Below, piece after piece: positions 28,997-39,042 of a DNA stretch of 64,000 nucleotides; the first letter of the stretch is position 1, and every line of letters begins with the position of its first letter. The position numbers were made by a program, and so were the translations under genes. This DNA is from Phycisphaerae bacterium. GTDB taxonomy: Bacteria; Planctomycetota; Phycisphaerae; UBA1845; Fen-1342. The DNA is taken from the NCBI GenBank assembly GCA_963675745.2, contig CAXXWX010000026.1, positions 448,001 to 512,000 of the forward strand, given 5' to 3'. Under the pieces are notes generated by a model. That model made no database searches. It was not told the origin of the DNA and saw nothing but the letters and a program-made list of their open reading frames with translations.

Positions 28997-30061
28997 CTAA
29001 CCGGCCTTCACTGCGCGATTTGAAAGTTGATAGACATATGCCAGCAATTCCGCGACCGCCTTGTAGAACGTGGGGGGAATCTCCTGGCCGACTTCGCACT
29101 GCGCATAGAGTGCGCGGGCCAGCGGCGGCCGCTGGACCACCGGGATGGCATTTTGCTGGGCAAGCTGGCGAATACGCAGGGCCAGCAGCTCGCGCCCCTT
29201 GGCCAACACGCGCGGGGCCGCCATCTGAGATTCGTCGTATCTCAGGGCCACGGCATACTGCGTCGGATTGGTCACCACCACATCCGCCTTCGGCACCTCC
29301 GTCTGCAGCCGCCGCATCGCCACCTGCATCTGCACGTCCCGCTGGCGGCGCTTAATGTGCGGGTCACCATCCATCTTTTTGAGCTCGTCGCGAACCTCCT
29401 GCTTGGTCATCTTCAGGCTGCGCTCCAGATTCCAACGTTGATACGCATAGTCGGCCAGGCCCAGCAGCAGCAGAACCAGTGCGAGGCGCAGCGCCAGCTT
29501 ATAGAGCGTATCGCCGGCGGCGAAGAGTATGCCCCACGCGTGCAAGCCCCCAGTGCCAAGCACGTCCGCAAGGTCGGCGCGGATGGTGTAGTACGCGACG
29601 GCCGCGACGATGGCCAGCTTTAGAATGCCCATGCCCAGGCGCATGGCGGCCTGCCCCGAGAACATCTGCTTGGCACCCCGCAACGGGCTGAGGTTGTTCA
29701 GATCGGGCCGCAGTTTCTTCGCGGTCAGCAGAACGCCAAACTGCATCGTCACGCCCGCCGCCGTGATGATCATCAGAACGGCGATGAACGGCCCGAGCAG
29801 CATGAGGGCGTGCCAGGCAATGCGGGAGACCGGCACCGCCAGATCGCCGGCACTCGTAATCGGCTCACCGCCGATTTCGTTAATCATGCCGAGCATGTGA
29901 CCCAGCATGCCCTTGCCCATCATCCCCAGCAGGACGATGCCTCCGGCCAGACCGATGCCGGCGGTCAGATCCTGGCTGCGCGCCACGCGGCCATCTTTGC
30001 GCGCCTCCTGGCGCCGGCGCGGCGTTGGTTGCTCCGTTCTCTCGCCGGCGTCCTCAGCCAA
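28997..30061 (-). CDS. flhB: Flagellar export switch protein
   Basis: RTEQPTPRR, LKMTKQEVRDE, VVVTNPTQYAVAL, PPLARALY. Confidence 0.95.
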   Translation of the reverse strand: MAEDAGERTEQPTPRRRQEARKDGRVARSQDLTAGIGLAGGIVLLGMMGKGMLGHMLGMINEIGGEPITSAGDLAVPVSRIAWHALMLLGPFIAVLMIITAAGVTMQFGVLLTAKKLRPDLNNLSPLRGAKQMFSGQAAMRLGMGILKLAIVAAVAYYTIRADLADVLGTGGLHAWGILFAAGDTLYKLALRLALVLLLLGLADYAYQRWNLERSLKMTKQEVRDELKKMDGDPHIKRRQRDVQMQVAMRRLQTEVPKADVVVTNPTQYAVALRYDESQMAAPRVLAKGRELLALRIRQLAQQNAIPVVQRPPLARALYAQCEVGQEIPPTFYKAVAELLAYVYQLSNRAVKAG

Positions 30062-30114
30062 TCCACAACCTCCATTCAGCGCGGCACATCAGAATCGGCC
30101 ACGGCCGCCCGACG

Positions 30115-30891
30115 CTACGGGCTCACCATGGCGTATAGACCATCGAGGGTCTGTTCGAGCACGTCCAGGAACGCGGCCGACGCCGCCGGCAGCGAAATCG
30201 CGATGATCGCAAACCCGATCAGCGACTTCATCGAAAAGCCCAGCGTCATGATGTTGAGCTGCGGCACCGTTCGCGCTACAAACCCCATCGCGAGGTTCAC
30301 CAGAAACAACGTAATCACCGCCGGAGCGGCGACTCTCACCGCGATCTCCCCCCCCAACGCCAGCGTGGTCAGGAGCAGCTCTGTTCCGATCGGCGTCAGA
30401 TCGGGACCACTCAAAAGCGGGATGCCGCGAAACGTTTCGAGGCTGGCGGCCACGAGTGCCCGGTGTCCCCCGGCCACCAGAAAGACCACCGAACCGAACT
30501 GGAGGTAGAAGCTGCTGAGCACGTTCATCTGGTCGGAGCTGTTGGGGTCGGCCACCTGGCCAAAGGCCAGCCCGGACTCTTGCGCCACCAACAGACCACC
30601 CATTTGCAGCCCCAGGAAGCAGACCGCCGCGACCAGCCCCATCAACCCGCCGATGAGCAGTTCGCGTCCCATGCCGACGGCCAGGCCGGCCAGCGTATCG
30701 GGGAGGGCGGCGGTAACAGCGGCATATGGCAGCGCGATGACCGCCAGCGCTATGACAAGCAACCCGCGCGCCTGCATCGGGATGCCCAACGAGCCCAGGA
30801 TCGGCTGGAACATGATCAGCGCACTCAGTCGCGCGAAGACCAGCGCGACCAGCGGGATGTTCGTGTAATAGCCGATCAGCTCCCAGGGCAT
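30115..30891 (-). CDS. fliR: Flagellar export protein FliR
   Basis: Hydrophobic; GGH, GFVARTVPQLN; position in operon. Confidence 0.9.
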   Translation of the reverse strand: MPWELIGYYTNIPLVALVFARLSALIMFQPILGSLGIPMQARGLLVIALAVIALPYAAVTAALPDTLAGLAVGMGRELLIGGLMGLVAAVCFLGLQMGGLLVAQESGLAFGQVADPNSSDQMNVLSSFYLQFGSVVFLVAGGHRALVAASLETFRGIPLLSGPDLTPIGTELLLTTLALGGEIAVRVAAPAVITLFLVNLAMGFVARTVPQLNIMTLGFSMKSLIGFAIIAISLPAASAAFLDVLEQTLDGLYAMVSP

Positions 30892-30914
30892 CGTGCACCC
30901 GCGTCAGCGCGCCG

Positions 30915-31169
30915 TCAGAAACCGGCAAACATAACTTGCGTGTACTCCAGCAGCCGCATGGCCAGCCACGGCGCGAAAAAGACGGCGGCGGCGACCATGG
31001 CGAAGATCTTCGGCACCAGGCTCAGTGTCTGGTCCTGCAACTGCGTCAACGTCTGCACGAGGCTGATCAGCAAGCCGACCAACACCCCGGTCCCCAGCAC
31101 CGGCAGCGCGATCTTGAGCGCCGTCAGCAGCGCCTCGCGCGCCACATCCAAACCCTCGGCCATGTCCAT
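30915..31169 (-). CDS. fliQ: Flagellar export protein FliQ
   Basis: GLLISLVQTLTQLQDQTLSLVPKI. Confidence 0.93.
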   Translation of the reverse strand: MDMAEGLDVAREALLTALKIALPVLGTGVLVGLLISLVQTLTQLQDQTLSLVPKIFAMVAAAVFFAPWLAMRLLEYTQVMFAGF

Positions 31170-31223
31170 CGCACGTACTCCCAGGTGCGGCCGCGACAAC
31201 ACCGCGCGCAAACGCTGCCCCTC

Positions 31224-32072
31224 TTAGACCACACTCTCCATCAGCGACCCCACCACCAGGTGCCATCCATCGGCCAGCACAAACAGCAGCAGCTTGAACG
31301 GCAGCGATATCAGCACCGGCGGCAACATCATCATGCCCATCGACACCAGCACGGTCGCGATCACCATGTCGATCACCAGAAACGGAAGATAGACGCGAAA
31401 CCCGATGACAAACGCCGTCTTCAGCTCACTCAGCAGGAACGCCGGTATCAAGGCAATCGTGTCAACCTCGCCGCGTGTCAGCACCTGGTCGGCGGGCACG
31501 GCCGCCTGGCTGGCGTACTCCTGCATCATGTAGATGTCTTGCTCGTTGCTGGCCGCTTCGATCTGCTCGAACATGAAGGCGCGCATCTCGCCGTTGGCGA
31601 CGGAGAGTGCGTCGAGCTGCGCCATGTCACCGCGGATGTATGGCTGGATGGCCTGCTCGTCGATGCGCTGGAACGTCGGCGCCATCACGAGGATCGTGAG
31701 GAATAGGGCCAGGCCCGCGATCACCTGCGACGGCGGCAGTGACTGCGTGCCCAGCGCCTGCCGCAACAGCGCCAGCACCACAATCATGCGCACAAAGCAG
31801 GTCATCATCAAAACGATGCTGGGCACAACCGCCAGCACCGTCATGAGAACCAGGATCTGCAACGAGCTGGTCAGCGACTCCGGGCTGTTGGCCTTGGGAA
31901 GAACGCCGGAGACGTTCGGAATGTAAAACGGATCTGCCGGCGCCTCCGCCGCGGATGGCGTCGTGCCGACCTCGTCAATTTGCGCCGCCGCCGTTGGCGC
32001 GAGGCTCCCGACGACCAGTGCGCCCAGGAGCAGCGCGGCTCGAACCGCCCGAGATGGTCGGGTCAGCGTCAT
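31224..32072 (-). CDS. fliP: Flagellar export protein FliP
   Basis: LRQALGTQSLPP, SELKTAF, SMGMMMLPP..ISLPFKLLLFVLADGW. Confidence 0.96.
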   Translation of the reverse strand: MTLTRPSRAVRAALLLGALVVGSLAPTAAAQIDEVGTTPSAAEAPADPFYIPNVSGVLPKANSPESLTSSLQILVLMTVLAVVPSIVLMMTCFVRMIVVLALLRQALGTQSLPPSQVIAGLALFLTILVMAPTFQRIDEQAIQPYIRGDMAQLDALSVANGEMRAFMFEQIEAASNEQDIYMMQEYASQAAVPADQVLTRGEVDTIALIPAFLLSELKTAFVIGFRVYLPFLVIDMVIATVLVSMGMMMLPPVLISLPFKLLLFVLADGWHLVVGSLMESVV

Positions 32073-32878
32073 CCAAGCGCCCCCATGCGCGTCCGCAGCC
32101 GGTCCAACGTGCCCGCCAGCGCTTGCTTCGCATCCGCAACCGCTGATCGGCCGTCACTTGTGATCAGGCCGTGTACATCGTCATCCGTACCGGCGTAGGC
32201 GCCTGATTCGCCGGTCAGACAGCCCTGGAAGGCGGCGGCGCGACTGTCATCCGGCTCATCGACGGACAGGCCCAGCAGGCGCGCGGCAAGAGCCTCGTCC
32301 TCTATGACGTTCAGCACATTCATGGAGTCCGGCCCAACGCCGACCAGCACCAGGCGCGGCCCCAACCGCACCAGGCACAGCGATTGTTTCGGGGACAGCG
32401 GCGCACGCGCGACGACCTCGATCAGATGGGCTCGACGCGCCTTGCCGAGCAGCGTCATCCGCGTACCCGCGCTGCCGATCAGACGATAGCCCCACATCAG
32501 CAACAGGACGAGCCCCACAACAGCGGCCAGCGAGCCGAGCGTTCGCCACCACCCGACACGATGCTGTGACCCGCTGTCGACCACCACCTTGTTTCCAGAA
32601 AGCGACGGACGGGACACGGCCAACGACTCCGACGAGTCGGCGTGTGCGGCCTGGATCGGCGCGTCAGACCTGTCGGGCGCGGGTTGGGAAGTCGGAGTAA
32701 CTGCTGAAATCGGTGACCGCGGATCAGGAGAGAACCACGTGTCGTCGTCAGCCAGGCTGAGAAGGTCGTGGTCGCCGCGTGCGGCGGTTTCGGCGGGTGG
32801 GCTGTCCGCCAGCGCGACTGCCGCCAACAGACCCGCGACCCAGCAGACAATTGCCATCCTTGGCATGCTCGGGCACAT
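32069..32878 (-). CDS. fliO: FliO/FliZ family protein
   Basis: Signal-like N-terminus, TM helix, IEVVARAPLSPKQSLCLVRLG; between fliN and fliP. Confidence 0.75.
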   Translation of the reverse strand: MCPSMPRMAIVCWVAGLLAAVALADSPPAETAARGDHDLLSLADDDTWFSPDPRSPISAVTPTSQPAPDRSDAPIQAAHADSSESLAVSRPSLSGNKVVVDSGSQHRVGWWRTLGSLAAVVGLVLLLMWGYRLIGSAGTRMTLLGKARRAHLIEVVARAPLSPKQSLCLVRLGPRLVLVGVGPDSMNVLNVIEDEALAARLLGLSVDEPDDSRAAAFQGCLTGESGAYAGTDDDVHGLITSDGRSAVADAKQALAGTLDRLRTRMGALG

Positions 32879-32889
32879 GGGCGCTACGC

Positions 32890-33489
32890 TCAGGAAGCCG
32901 GGATCGGCGACAGAATGTCGTTAATGCGGACGCAGAAATTCTCGTTGAGCACGAGCACCTCGCCGCGCGCCACAAGCTGTTCGTTGACAAACACGTCGAC
33001 CGGGTCACCGGCGAGCTTGTTTAATTCCACAACCGAGCCGACGCCAAGTCGCAGGACGTCCTCAATGTACATCTCGGTGCGTCCCAGCTCGATTTTGACG
33101 TTCAGTTCGACGTCGTCTAGCAGCTCCAGGCCAGCCAGCTCGTCCGATTCGGTCCCGCCGTCGAAACTGGGCATCTCGAACTCAGCGGCTTGATCGGTGC
33201 CCAGCCGATTGAGCTCGCCGCCCACCAGTGTGGGCTCACCATCGTCTGAGTCCACCTGATCGGCCGCCGCAGGCGAAGGATCGGCGCTGGCGGCGGTCGG
33301 CTCGTCGGCTGTTTCCGCCACCGGTGTGGACACGGCTGCTTCGTCGTCCGTGGCCGGCGCGCCGGCTTCGGTCTGGTCGGCGGGCTCGGCAGCGGCATCC
33401 GGCGAGTCGTCGGGCGTGGCCTGGTCTTCCTGGGACTGGTCAACCGGCTCTTCGGCGGGAACCTGCGTGTCGTTGTCTTCGTCAGCCAT
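32890..33489 (-). CDS. fliN: Flagellar motor switch protein FliN with long acidic N-terminal extension
   Basis: DVELNVKIELGRT, GSVVELNKLAGDPVDV, ARGEVLVLNENFCVRI. Confidence 0.92.
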   Translation of the reverse strand: MADEDNDTQVPAEEPVDQSQEDQATPDDSPDAAAEPADQTEAGAPATDDEAAVSTPVAETADEPTAASADPSPAAADQVDSDDGEPTLVGGELNRLGTDQAAEFEMPSFDGGTESDELAGLELLDDVELNVKIELGRTEMYIEDVLRLGVGSVVELNKLAGDPVDVFVNEQLVARGEVLVLNENFCVRINDILSPIPAS

Positions 33490-33585
33490 CTGGGGCACAT
33501 CCTTTTGCAGAGGTTAGGTCATCCTGACCGGGACACGTTACTCGTGTCACCTCACGTGCGACGGCGCGGCGCGCCGCGCGGGCTG

Positions 33586-34119
33586 TCAGCCGGTACGGAT
33601 CGGCACGCAACGGGGAATCAGCACTTTTCTGACGATCTCTGTATCGCGCAGCACATCCGAGAGGGCGTGTTCGAACTGGGCACGCAGCGTTTGCAGATCA
33701 TCCTCGCTCAGCACTCGCGGCGTAGCGGCCCGCATGATCTGGGCGGCCCGGTCAGAGATCTCCCCGATGCGTCCGTCGATCATGGTCTTGAGCTCTTCAA
33801 AGCTCTCGTCACTCTCGGCCGGCACAACCACCGTAACGTCGAGGTCGTAGATAATCGTCTGACCGCTCTTGGTATTGGGAACGCGGAAACCGCGCAGGAG
33901 TTCGATCTCCTTGGTGGCCACGTCGCCGTCGGCCGACGCGTCGTCAAGCACGTGCTTGTCGGCCCCGAAGGCATCCTCGGTCCCGCCGCCCATGAATTTG
34001 ATGACACCGAAGAACAAGGCGGCCTCCGCGATGGCCACGCCGGCCACCAACCCAACGGTGAACATCGATCGCTTCGAGCCTGTCTTCTGCTCGGGACTCG
34101 GTGCGGATTCTTCAGCCAT
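33586..34119 (-). CDS. fliL: FliL-like flagellar basal body protein
   Basis: Single N-terminal TM then soluble domain; position before fliN. Confidence 0.65.
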   Translation of the reverse strand: MAEESAPSPEQKTGSKRSMFTVGLVAGVAIAEAALFFGVIKFMGGGTEDAFGADKHVLDDASADGDVATKEIELLRGFRVPNTKSGQTIIYDLDVTVVVPAESDESFEELKTMIDGRIGEISDRAAQIMRAATPRVLSEDDLQTLRAQFEHALSDVLRDTEIVRKVLIPRCVPIRTG

Positions 34120-34258
34120 GGTGTGCGGCCCCTTCAGTTGCGTCAGTACCAGTGCCAAACCGTCCCTCACGTTATCGACGATTGCGCGTGAGAGGTTCAC
34201 CGGTGCGACGAAGGTGTGGGGCGGCGGCAGGTGTTATCAGACACCTGCGCCGCAAACG

Positions 34259-34274
34259 GCAGCGCTTGCGCCAA
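34259..34274 (-). promoter_or_regulatory. Possible sigma54 promoter upstream of fliL
   Basis: Minus strand TTGGCGCAAGCGCTGC: GG-N10-GC spacing, imperfect. Confidence 0.3.
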
Positions 34275-34341
34275 GCGGGTCGGTTTTGCGCTATGCACCG
34301 GAAGTGACGCCCCGCACGGGCCGCCGGATGCGGACGCGCTC

Positions 34342-34536
34342 TCAGGCAACCTGGAAGGTCCGCACTGAGCGGCCATACTCAATCGCGCGGGACACAACCT
34401 CATCCAGATCTTCCTTGACGACGTATTGCTCGCCGCCGAGCAACGTGATCAGCGTGTCGGGTGTGCGCTCGATGGTCTTTATCTGCTCGGCGTTCAGCAC
34501 GAACTTCCGGTCATTAAGGCGCGTCAGTTGGATCAT
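34342..34536 (-). CDS. flbD: FlbD (SwrD) family flagellar protein
   Basis: MIQLTRLN...FVLNAEQIKTIERTPDTLITL. Confidence 0.9.
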   Translation of the reverse strand: MIQLTRLNDRKFVLNAEQIKTIERTPDTLITLLGGEQYVVKEDLDEVVSRAIEYGRSVRTFQVA

Positions 34537-34556
34537 TGCCTGCTCCCTCGTCGGCA

Positions 34557-36239
34557 CTAGCGAATCAGCAGCAATAGCTGGTTGAGCAAGTCGCTGCTGA
34601 CACTGATCACGCGGCTGGATGCCTGAAAGCCCGTGCTGGCATTGACCAGTCCGATGAATTCCTGGCCCAGGTCGACGTTTGACATCTCCAGCGCCCCGCT
34701 GCGAACCCAGCCGGCGCCGAATTGCCCCGGAACCGTAATCGCCAGCGCCCCGCCGTTCGGGCCGGCCGAGAAGAGGTTCTCGCGCTCGGCTACAAGCCCT
34801 TCGGCATTAGGGAATACCGCCAGCGCCACCTGGCCGAGCGTGCGCGACAGACCATTCGAGAATGTCCCGCTGACAACACCGGTCTTGTCAACCGAATATC
34901 CACTGAGCGTTCCGGGCGGGTAGCCGTCCTGCTCGTTGAGGATCACGTTTGACGTGGCGGTGGAGAGCCCGTGGATACCGTTGAAATCGATGGCGAATGA
35001 CAGCGGTGTGGCGGCTCCGGTCTGGTCGAGATCGAGCGTGATCTGGTTACCGATGACCTCGCGCACATTGCCGTTGGTGTCAAAGGCCACCGTGCCCGTG
35101 CTCAGGGCGCGCGTCTCACCGCTGGCCTCGGGGGATTCCACAAAGAACCGCCAGACCGGGCCCAGGTTCGGTTTGTCTTCGAGTGCGAACGTCACCTGCA
35201 CCGAGACCGGCGTGCCCAGCGAGTCATACACCGTGAATCCGGTGAAGAGTGACGAGCCGTTGGCCGCCGCGTCCTGCGTGAACTGGAACGGCAGAGGCGT
35301 GGTTGCGTTCGTGCTGGTCATGTCGTTGTTGGCGATTGTGATGCTGTTCTGAGTGCCGGCATTGCTGCGTACCACCAGCGCCCCGTTCTCGACCAGCACG
35401 CCCGGATCGCCCGGAACGCCGGCGATATCCTGAACGCCCAGCACATTCTGTAACCAGGTGGCGTAATCGCCGAGCGTCGTTCCATCGGTGCCCACGACAA
35501 ACGTCTCGGCGGGCAGCTCGCGATCGCCTTTGGCCACGCCCGAGAGCGTGATCGTGTCACCGTCTACGAAGAGCAGCGTATCGGGCGCGTCGGCGGAACG
35601 CAGGTCGGTCAGCGCGGTTGTGTCGGTGGCCGCCGCCCCACCGCCGGCCACCAGCGCCTGTGACGAGGTCTGGGACGATTGTGCGGACACCGCCCCCTCA
35701 GCGCTCAGGTCACCGTCCAGCGAGACATTCTCGGTCGCATGTGCCACGGTCGTCGAGCCAAGCGGCACGACGATATCCTGGATCGTGGTGGGGTTTATGT
35801 TATACGCGTCATCGACGCCATAGCCTTGCACGCGGTATCCGTCGGCGCTGACGAGTTGATTGATGGCATCGAGTGAAAAGGCACCGTCGCGCGTGAAGCG
35901 TGTGTCGTTTTCAGCCGTCTGGAGAATGAAGAACCCATCCCCCTCGATAGCCAGGTCGCCGACGAGTCCGGTAGTCTCGATCGGCCCGTCGCCAAACATC
36001 TGCTGCGTGGTTCCGACGATCACGCCGTGCCCGACCTGCATCGGGTTAACGCCACCCAGCTCGTCGCTCGGCGCCGTACCGGCCTGCAGCGTCTCGTAGA
36101 ACTGCGTCTGAAAGAGCGTGCGCGAGCCCTTGAATGCGGTTGTGTTGACGTTGGCGATGTTGTGGCCGATGGTGTCGATCCGCGTCTGGTTGGCACTCAG
36201 TCCGCTCAGGCCGGTGTACATCGCTGATGACAAACCCAT
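34557..36239 (-). CDS. flgE: Flagellar hook protein
   Basis: GLSGL..IGHNIANVNT, DLAIEGDGFF, TRDGAF, LEMSNVDL. Confidence 0.93.
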   Translation of the reverse strand: MGLSSAMYTGLSGLSANQTRIDTIGHNIANVNTTAFKGSRTLFQTQFYETLQAGTAPSDELGGVNPMQVGHGVIVGTTQQMFGDGPIETTGLVGDLAIEGDGFFILQTAENDTRFTRDGAFSLDAINQLVSADGYRVQGYGVDDAYNINPTTIQDIVVPLGSTTVAHATENVSLDGDLSAEGAVSAQSSQTSSQALVAGGGAAATDTTALTDLRSADAPDTLLFVDGDTITLSGVAKGDRELPAETFVVGTDGTTLGDYATWLQNVLGVQDIAGVPGDPGVLVENGALVVRSNAGTQNSITIANNDMTSTNATTPLPFQFTQDAAANGSSLFTGFTVYDSLGTPVSVQVTFALEDKPNLGPVWRFFVESPEASGETRALSTGTVAFDTNGNVREVIGNQITLDLDQTGAATPLSFAIDFNGIHGLSTATSNVILNEQDGYPPGTLSGYSVDKTGVVSGTFSNGLSRTLGQVALAVFPNAEGLVAERENLFSAGPNGGALAITVPGQFGAGWVRSGALEMSNVDLGQEFIGLVNASTGFQASSRVISVSSDLLNQLLLLIR

Positions 36240-36373
36240 GGTCGTTCCTCGTTATGGCGCGGTGCGCCGCATCTGACTACTCTCGGCCACCTCGCGCGAC
36301 CGGCGCGGCGCCGGCCGTCACACAGTCACCAAACCGCGACCCTGCGCCCGAAGCCTGTCTGGCGGAATCCGCG

Positions 36374-36952
36374 CTAGAGACGCAGTGTGCCGTCCAGTTG
36401 CAGCCAGCTCGGCTTCGCCGTGTTTTCCTGCTTCGCGGCACTGTCTGCGCTCGCGTCGGCGGAGTTGTCGTCGTCCGCCGTCTCATCCGCACCCGCCAGC
36501 GCTTCAACTCCCATCCGCTCCAACCCTTCGAGCGTAGAGATCAACTCCACATCCTGTGCGCCGATCGTCTGGCCAGTATCCAGCTCCAGCACCACCTGCC
36601 CGTCAGCCGCGAACTTCACCGCGGTGACAACACCTGACACGAGCTGCACGGAGCCGTCCGACTGCTCGACCTGGCCCTCGACATACTTGCCCACCAGGTC
36701 CGCGGCTCCCAGGTTGCGCTGCTGGTCGGTCATGAGTTGCAGTGTGTCTGTAAGCTGCCCGGACAGCTCAATACTGCGAATCTGAGAGACCTGGCTGATC
36801 ATGTCAGCGGTCTTCTGCGGCTCGAACGGATCCTGATTCTTGAGCTCGGTGACGAGCAGCTCGAAGAAGTCCTCGCTGTTCATGCTGCCGAAGCTGCTGT
36901 CCGAAGTCTGCGCAGCGGCCCCAACGCCCGCCGCGATCGCACTGGTCTGCAT
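36374..36952 (-). CDS. flgD: Flagellar hook capping protein
   Basis: EDFFELLVTELKNQDPFEP, LVGKYVEG. Confidence 0.9.
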   Translation of the reverse strand: MQTSAIAAGVGAAAQTSDSSFGSMNSEDFFELLVTELKNQDPFEPQKTADMISQVSQIRSIELSGQLTDTLQLMTDQQRNLGAADLVGKYVEGQVEQSDGSVQLVSGVVTAVKFAADGQVVLELDTGQTIGAQDVELISTLEGLERMGVEALAGADETADDDNSADASADSAAKQENTAKPSWLQLDGTLRL

Positions 36953-37001
36953 TGCCCTGACCCTGTCAGCATGGGGCCCGCGCAAGCGGCGCTCCGCGCG
37001 C

Positions 37002-38300
37002 CTACGCTACAATGTTCACCAGCGACTCCGCCGCCGGCCCTGGTTCTGGGAGGCCATCCGTGGCCACTTCGCGGTCGTCAGGTTCCGACGCCGCCTGGTG
37101 GGAGTCCATTCCCGCGGACGAATGCTCCGCATTCGCGTGTGCCGCGCCCTGGTGACCCTCCTGGTCGGTCGCGGCCTGCTGCGATCCATCGGAGTCGAGC
37201 GAGACATCGGCGGTTGCGACGAGAGGTCGCAGCTCGACCCGCTCCAACTGGATCCCGGCGGACTCCATTCCTTGCCGGAGTGATTCCACATGATCTCTAA
37301 GCAAGCGGTGTGCCAGTTTGTTGTCCGCTTCGATGCTCAAGGTGACGGATTGCTGCTGGGTTTGCAGTTCGACGCGTATTTTTCCCAGCGCGGGCGGGTC
37401 GAGGCGTATTACCGCGCGCGCCCGATCGTGCCCAATCTGCGTGCGCACAAAGCGCATGATCCGCTCGATGTTCGCGTCATTCTTGCTCGCCGATGTATCC
37501 GGCGCCGGCTTGGCGCGGACCGCCGACACGGCGGCCGGACGCGCCGCGTCTCGGGCCGACTGTGGGGCGCCGACCGTATTGGTGAGTCGGCCGGCCGCGG
37601 ACTGGACCGAGGACGTCGACGGCGCGGTGCGTGACACGGCCACGGTCGCCGATGAACTCGTTGGCGCTGCCTCAACGCTCGAAACCGCGCGGGCGGTGGG
37701 TACCGCGAACGTCTGTGGTGTCGCCGGCCGGCCCGCGGTGTCACCTGTCTGAGCGCGCGCCGGCGTGCTGCCCGGCAATGAGATATCACGGGTGGCCGAA
37801 CGCGGTGATTCGACAACCTCACGCCGATGCGCGCGCGCCGGCGGCGCCTCTGATTTGCCAGCCTGGGAATCCCCCTCGGCTTCAGAATTCTGGGCGGGCA
37901 CTGGGGGAGACTGTGGCGCGGGACGCGGCGCCGACGCGCGATTCTCTTGCCGACTCAGCGAGGCATCTTCGAGCGCCTGCTGAAAGGCCGCCTGCTCGCG
38001 CACAATGCCCTGACGCTGGGCCAGCCCCCCCTCACGCCGCTCCCAGGCGCGGCTTCCGACTTCCATGCCGCGTTCCGACTGCATGACGTCGGCGAACATC
38101 TGGGCCGCCCCCGAAGCGGCGTGCTCGTCATTGGCGCGCGCCTCGCGCTCGCGGCGCTCGTCGGGAGACTCGCGATCGCTCCGGCCGGGATCGAGCGGCT
38201 GAAGGCGAATTCCCATCAGTTGCCCTGCGACCGGGAGCAGCGCGTGCGCGGCGCCGCCCGCTGCAAGGCCGCCCGCAACGGGTGGCCGATTGACCTGCAT
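37002..38300 (-). CDS. fliK: Flagellar hook-length control protein
   Basis: Low-complexity N-terminal part; C-terminal IRLDPPALGKIRVEL...LRQGMESAGI. Confidence 0.8.
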   Translation of the reverse strand: MQVNRPPVAGGLAAGGAAHALLPVAGQLMGIRLQPLDPGRSDRESPDERREREARANDEHAASGAAQMFADVMQSERGMEVGSRAWERREGGLAQRQGIVREQAAFQQALEDASLSRQENRASAPRPAPQSPPVPAQNSEAEGDSQAGKSEAPPARAHRREVVESPRSATRDISLPGSTPARAQTGDTAGRPATPQTFAVPTARAVSSVEAAPTSSSATVAVSRTAPSTSSVQSAAGRLTNTVGAPQSARDAARPAAVSAVRAKPAPDTSASKNDANIERIMRFVRTQIGHDRARAVIRLDPPALGKIRVELQTQQQSVTLSIEADNKLAHRLLRDHVESLRQGMESAGIQLERVELRPLVATADVSLDSDGSQQAATDQEGHQGAAHANAEHSSAGMDSHQAASEPDDREVATDGLPEPGPAAESLVNIVA

Positions 38301-38311
38301 GCCAACACCTG

Positions 38312-39013
38312 TCAGCCGGTGTTGCCGCCAGTCTTCCCTGACTCAGGGGCAAACGAATCGAGTTCCAGCAAACGCAGCCGCTCCAGCAGCCCGTTCATGA
38401 CTTGGGTTTCCTCGGCAGTTTTGAACTGATCGAGGATCCGCTGACGCCGCGAGGGTGACAACGCATTCAGCATGCGCACGGCGTCGGCCGGCTCCTTGTT
38501 CCACATGAAGATGAAGTGTTCCTTGGCCTGCTTGGGCGCCATCTTCTCGACGGTCTCCAGCGCGGCCTTGAAGCCCTCCTCCACCACGGCGTTTCGCAGA
38601 CGATCCTGCTCCCCGATCCACGCCTGACGCCGCGCGTCAAACTGCTCGCCGCGTGTGATCAGCTCCTGGAGAGTCTGGTCGAGCAGCTCCTTGCGTGCCG
38701 CCAGATCACCCATGGCGCGCTCGAACCGGGCGTCGAGCAGTTGCTGCTCGTCGAGTTGCGCACGCAGCGCGTCGGCGGTGCGTTGACCGGTCGGCAACGG
38801 CTGATCCTGCTGCGGATCGGCCGCATCGGCACCCTCGGGGTCGTTCGGTTCGGCAAACAGGTCATCATGCTGACCACGCAGCGTCTCGACCATCACGTTC
38901 CAGCGCTGGGGCGTGAGATGGTCGGCGCTAACCAGGTAGCCCACGATCCCGCTCGTGGAGAGGATCGTGGCGATGCAGAAGACCGCTATTGCGCTGTAGA
39001 GTTTTCCCATCAT
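38312..39013 (-). CDS. MotE/FlbB/YlxF-like flagellar protein
   Basis: N-terminal TM, coiled coil, EKMAPKQAK...ALSPSRRQRIL; between fliJ and fliK. Confidence 0.6.
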   Translation of the reverse strand: MMGKLYSAIAVFCIATILSTSGIVGYLVSADHLTPQRWNVMVETLRGQHDDLFAEPNDPEGADAADPQQDQPLPTGQRTADALRAQLDEQQLLDARFERAMGDLAARKELLDQTLQELITRGEQFDARRQAWIGEQDRLRNAVVEEGFKAALETVEKMAPKQAKEHFIFMWNKEPADAVRMLNALSPSRRQRILDQFKTAEETQVMNGLLERLRLLELDSFAPESGKTGGNTG

Positions 39014-39042
39014 CGCTAATCACTCGGCGGCCGGAGCGCAGC

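Noticed and set aside
29255..29275. FlhB NPTQ instead of NPTH
   Set aside because: The Asn-Pro autocleavage residues are intact; minor variation
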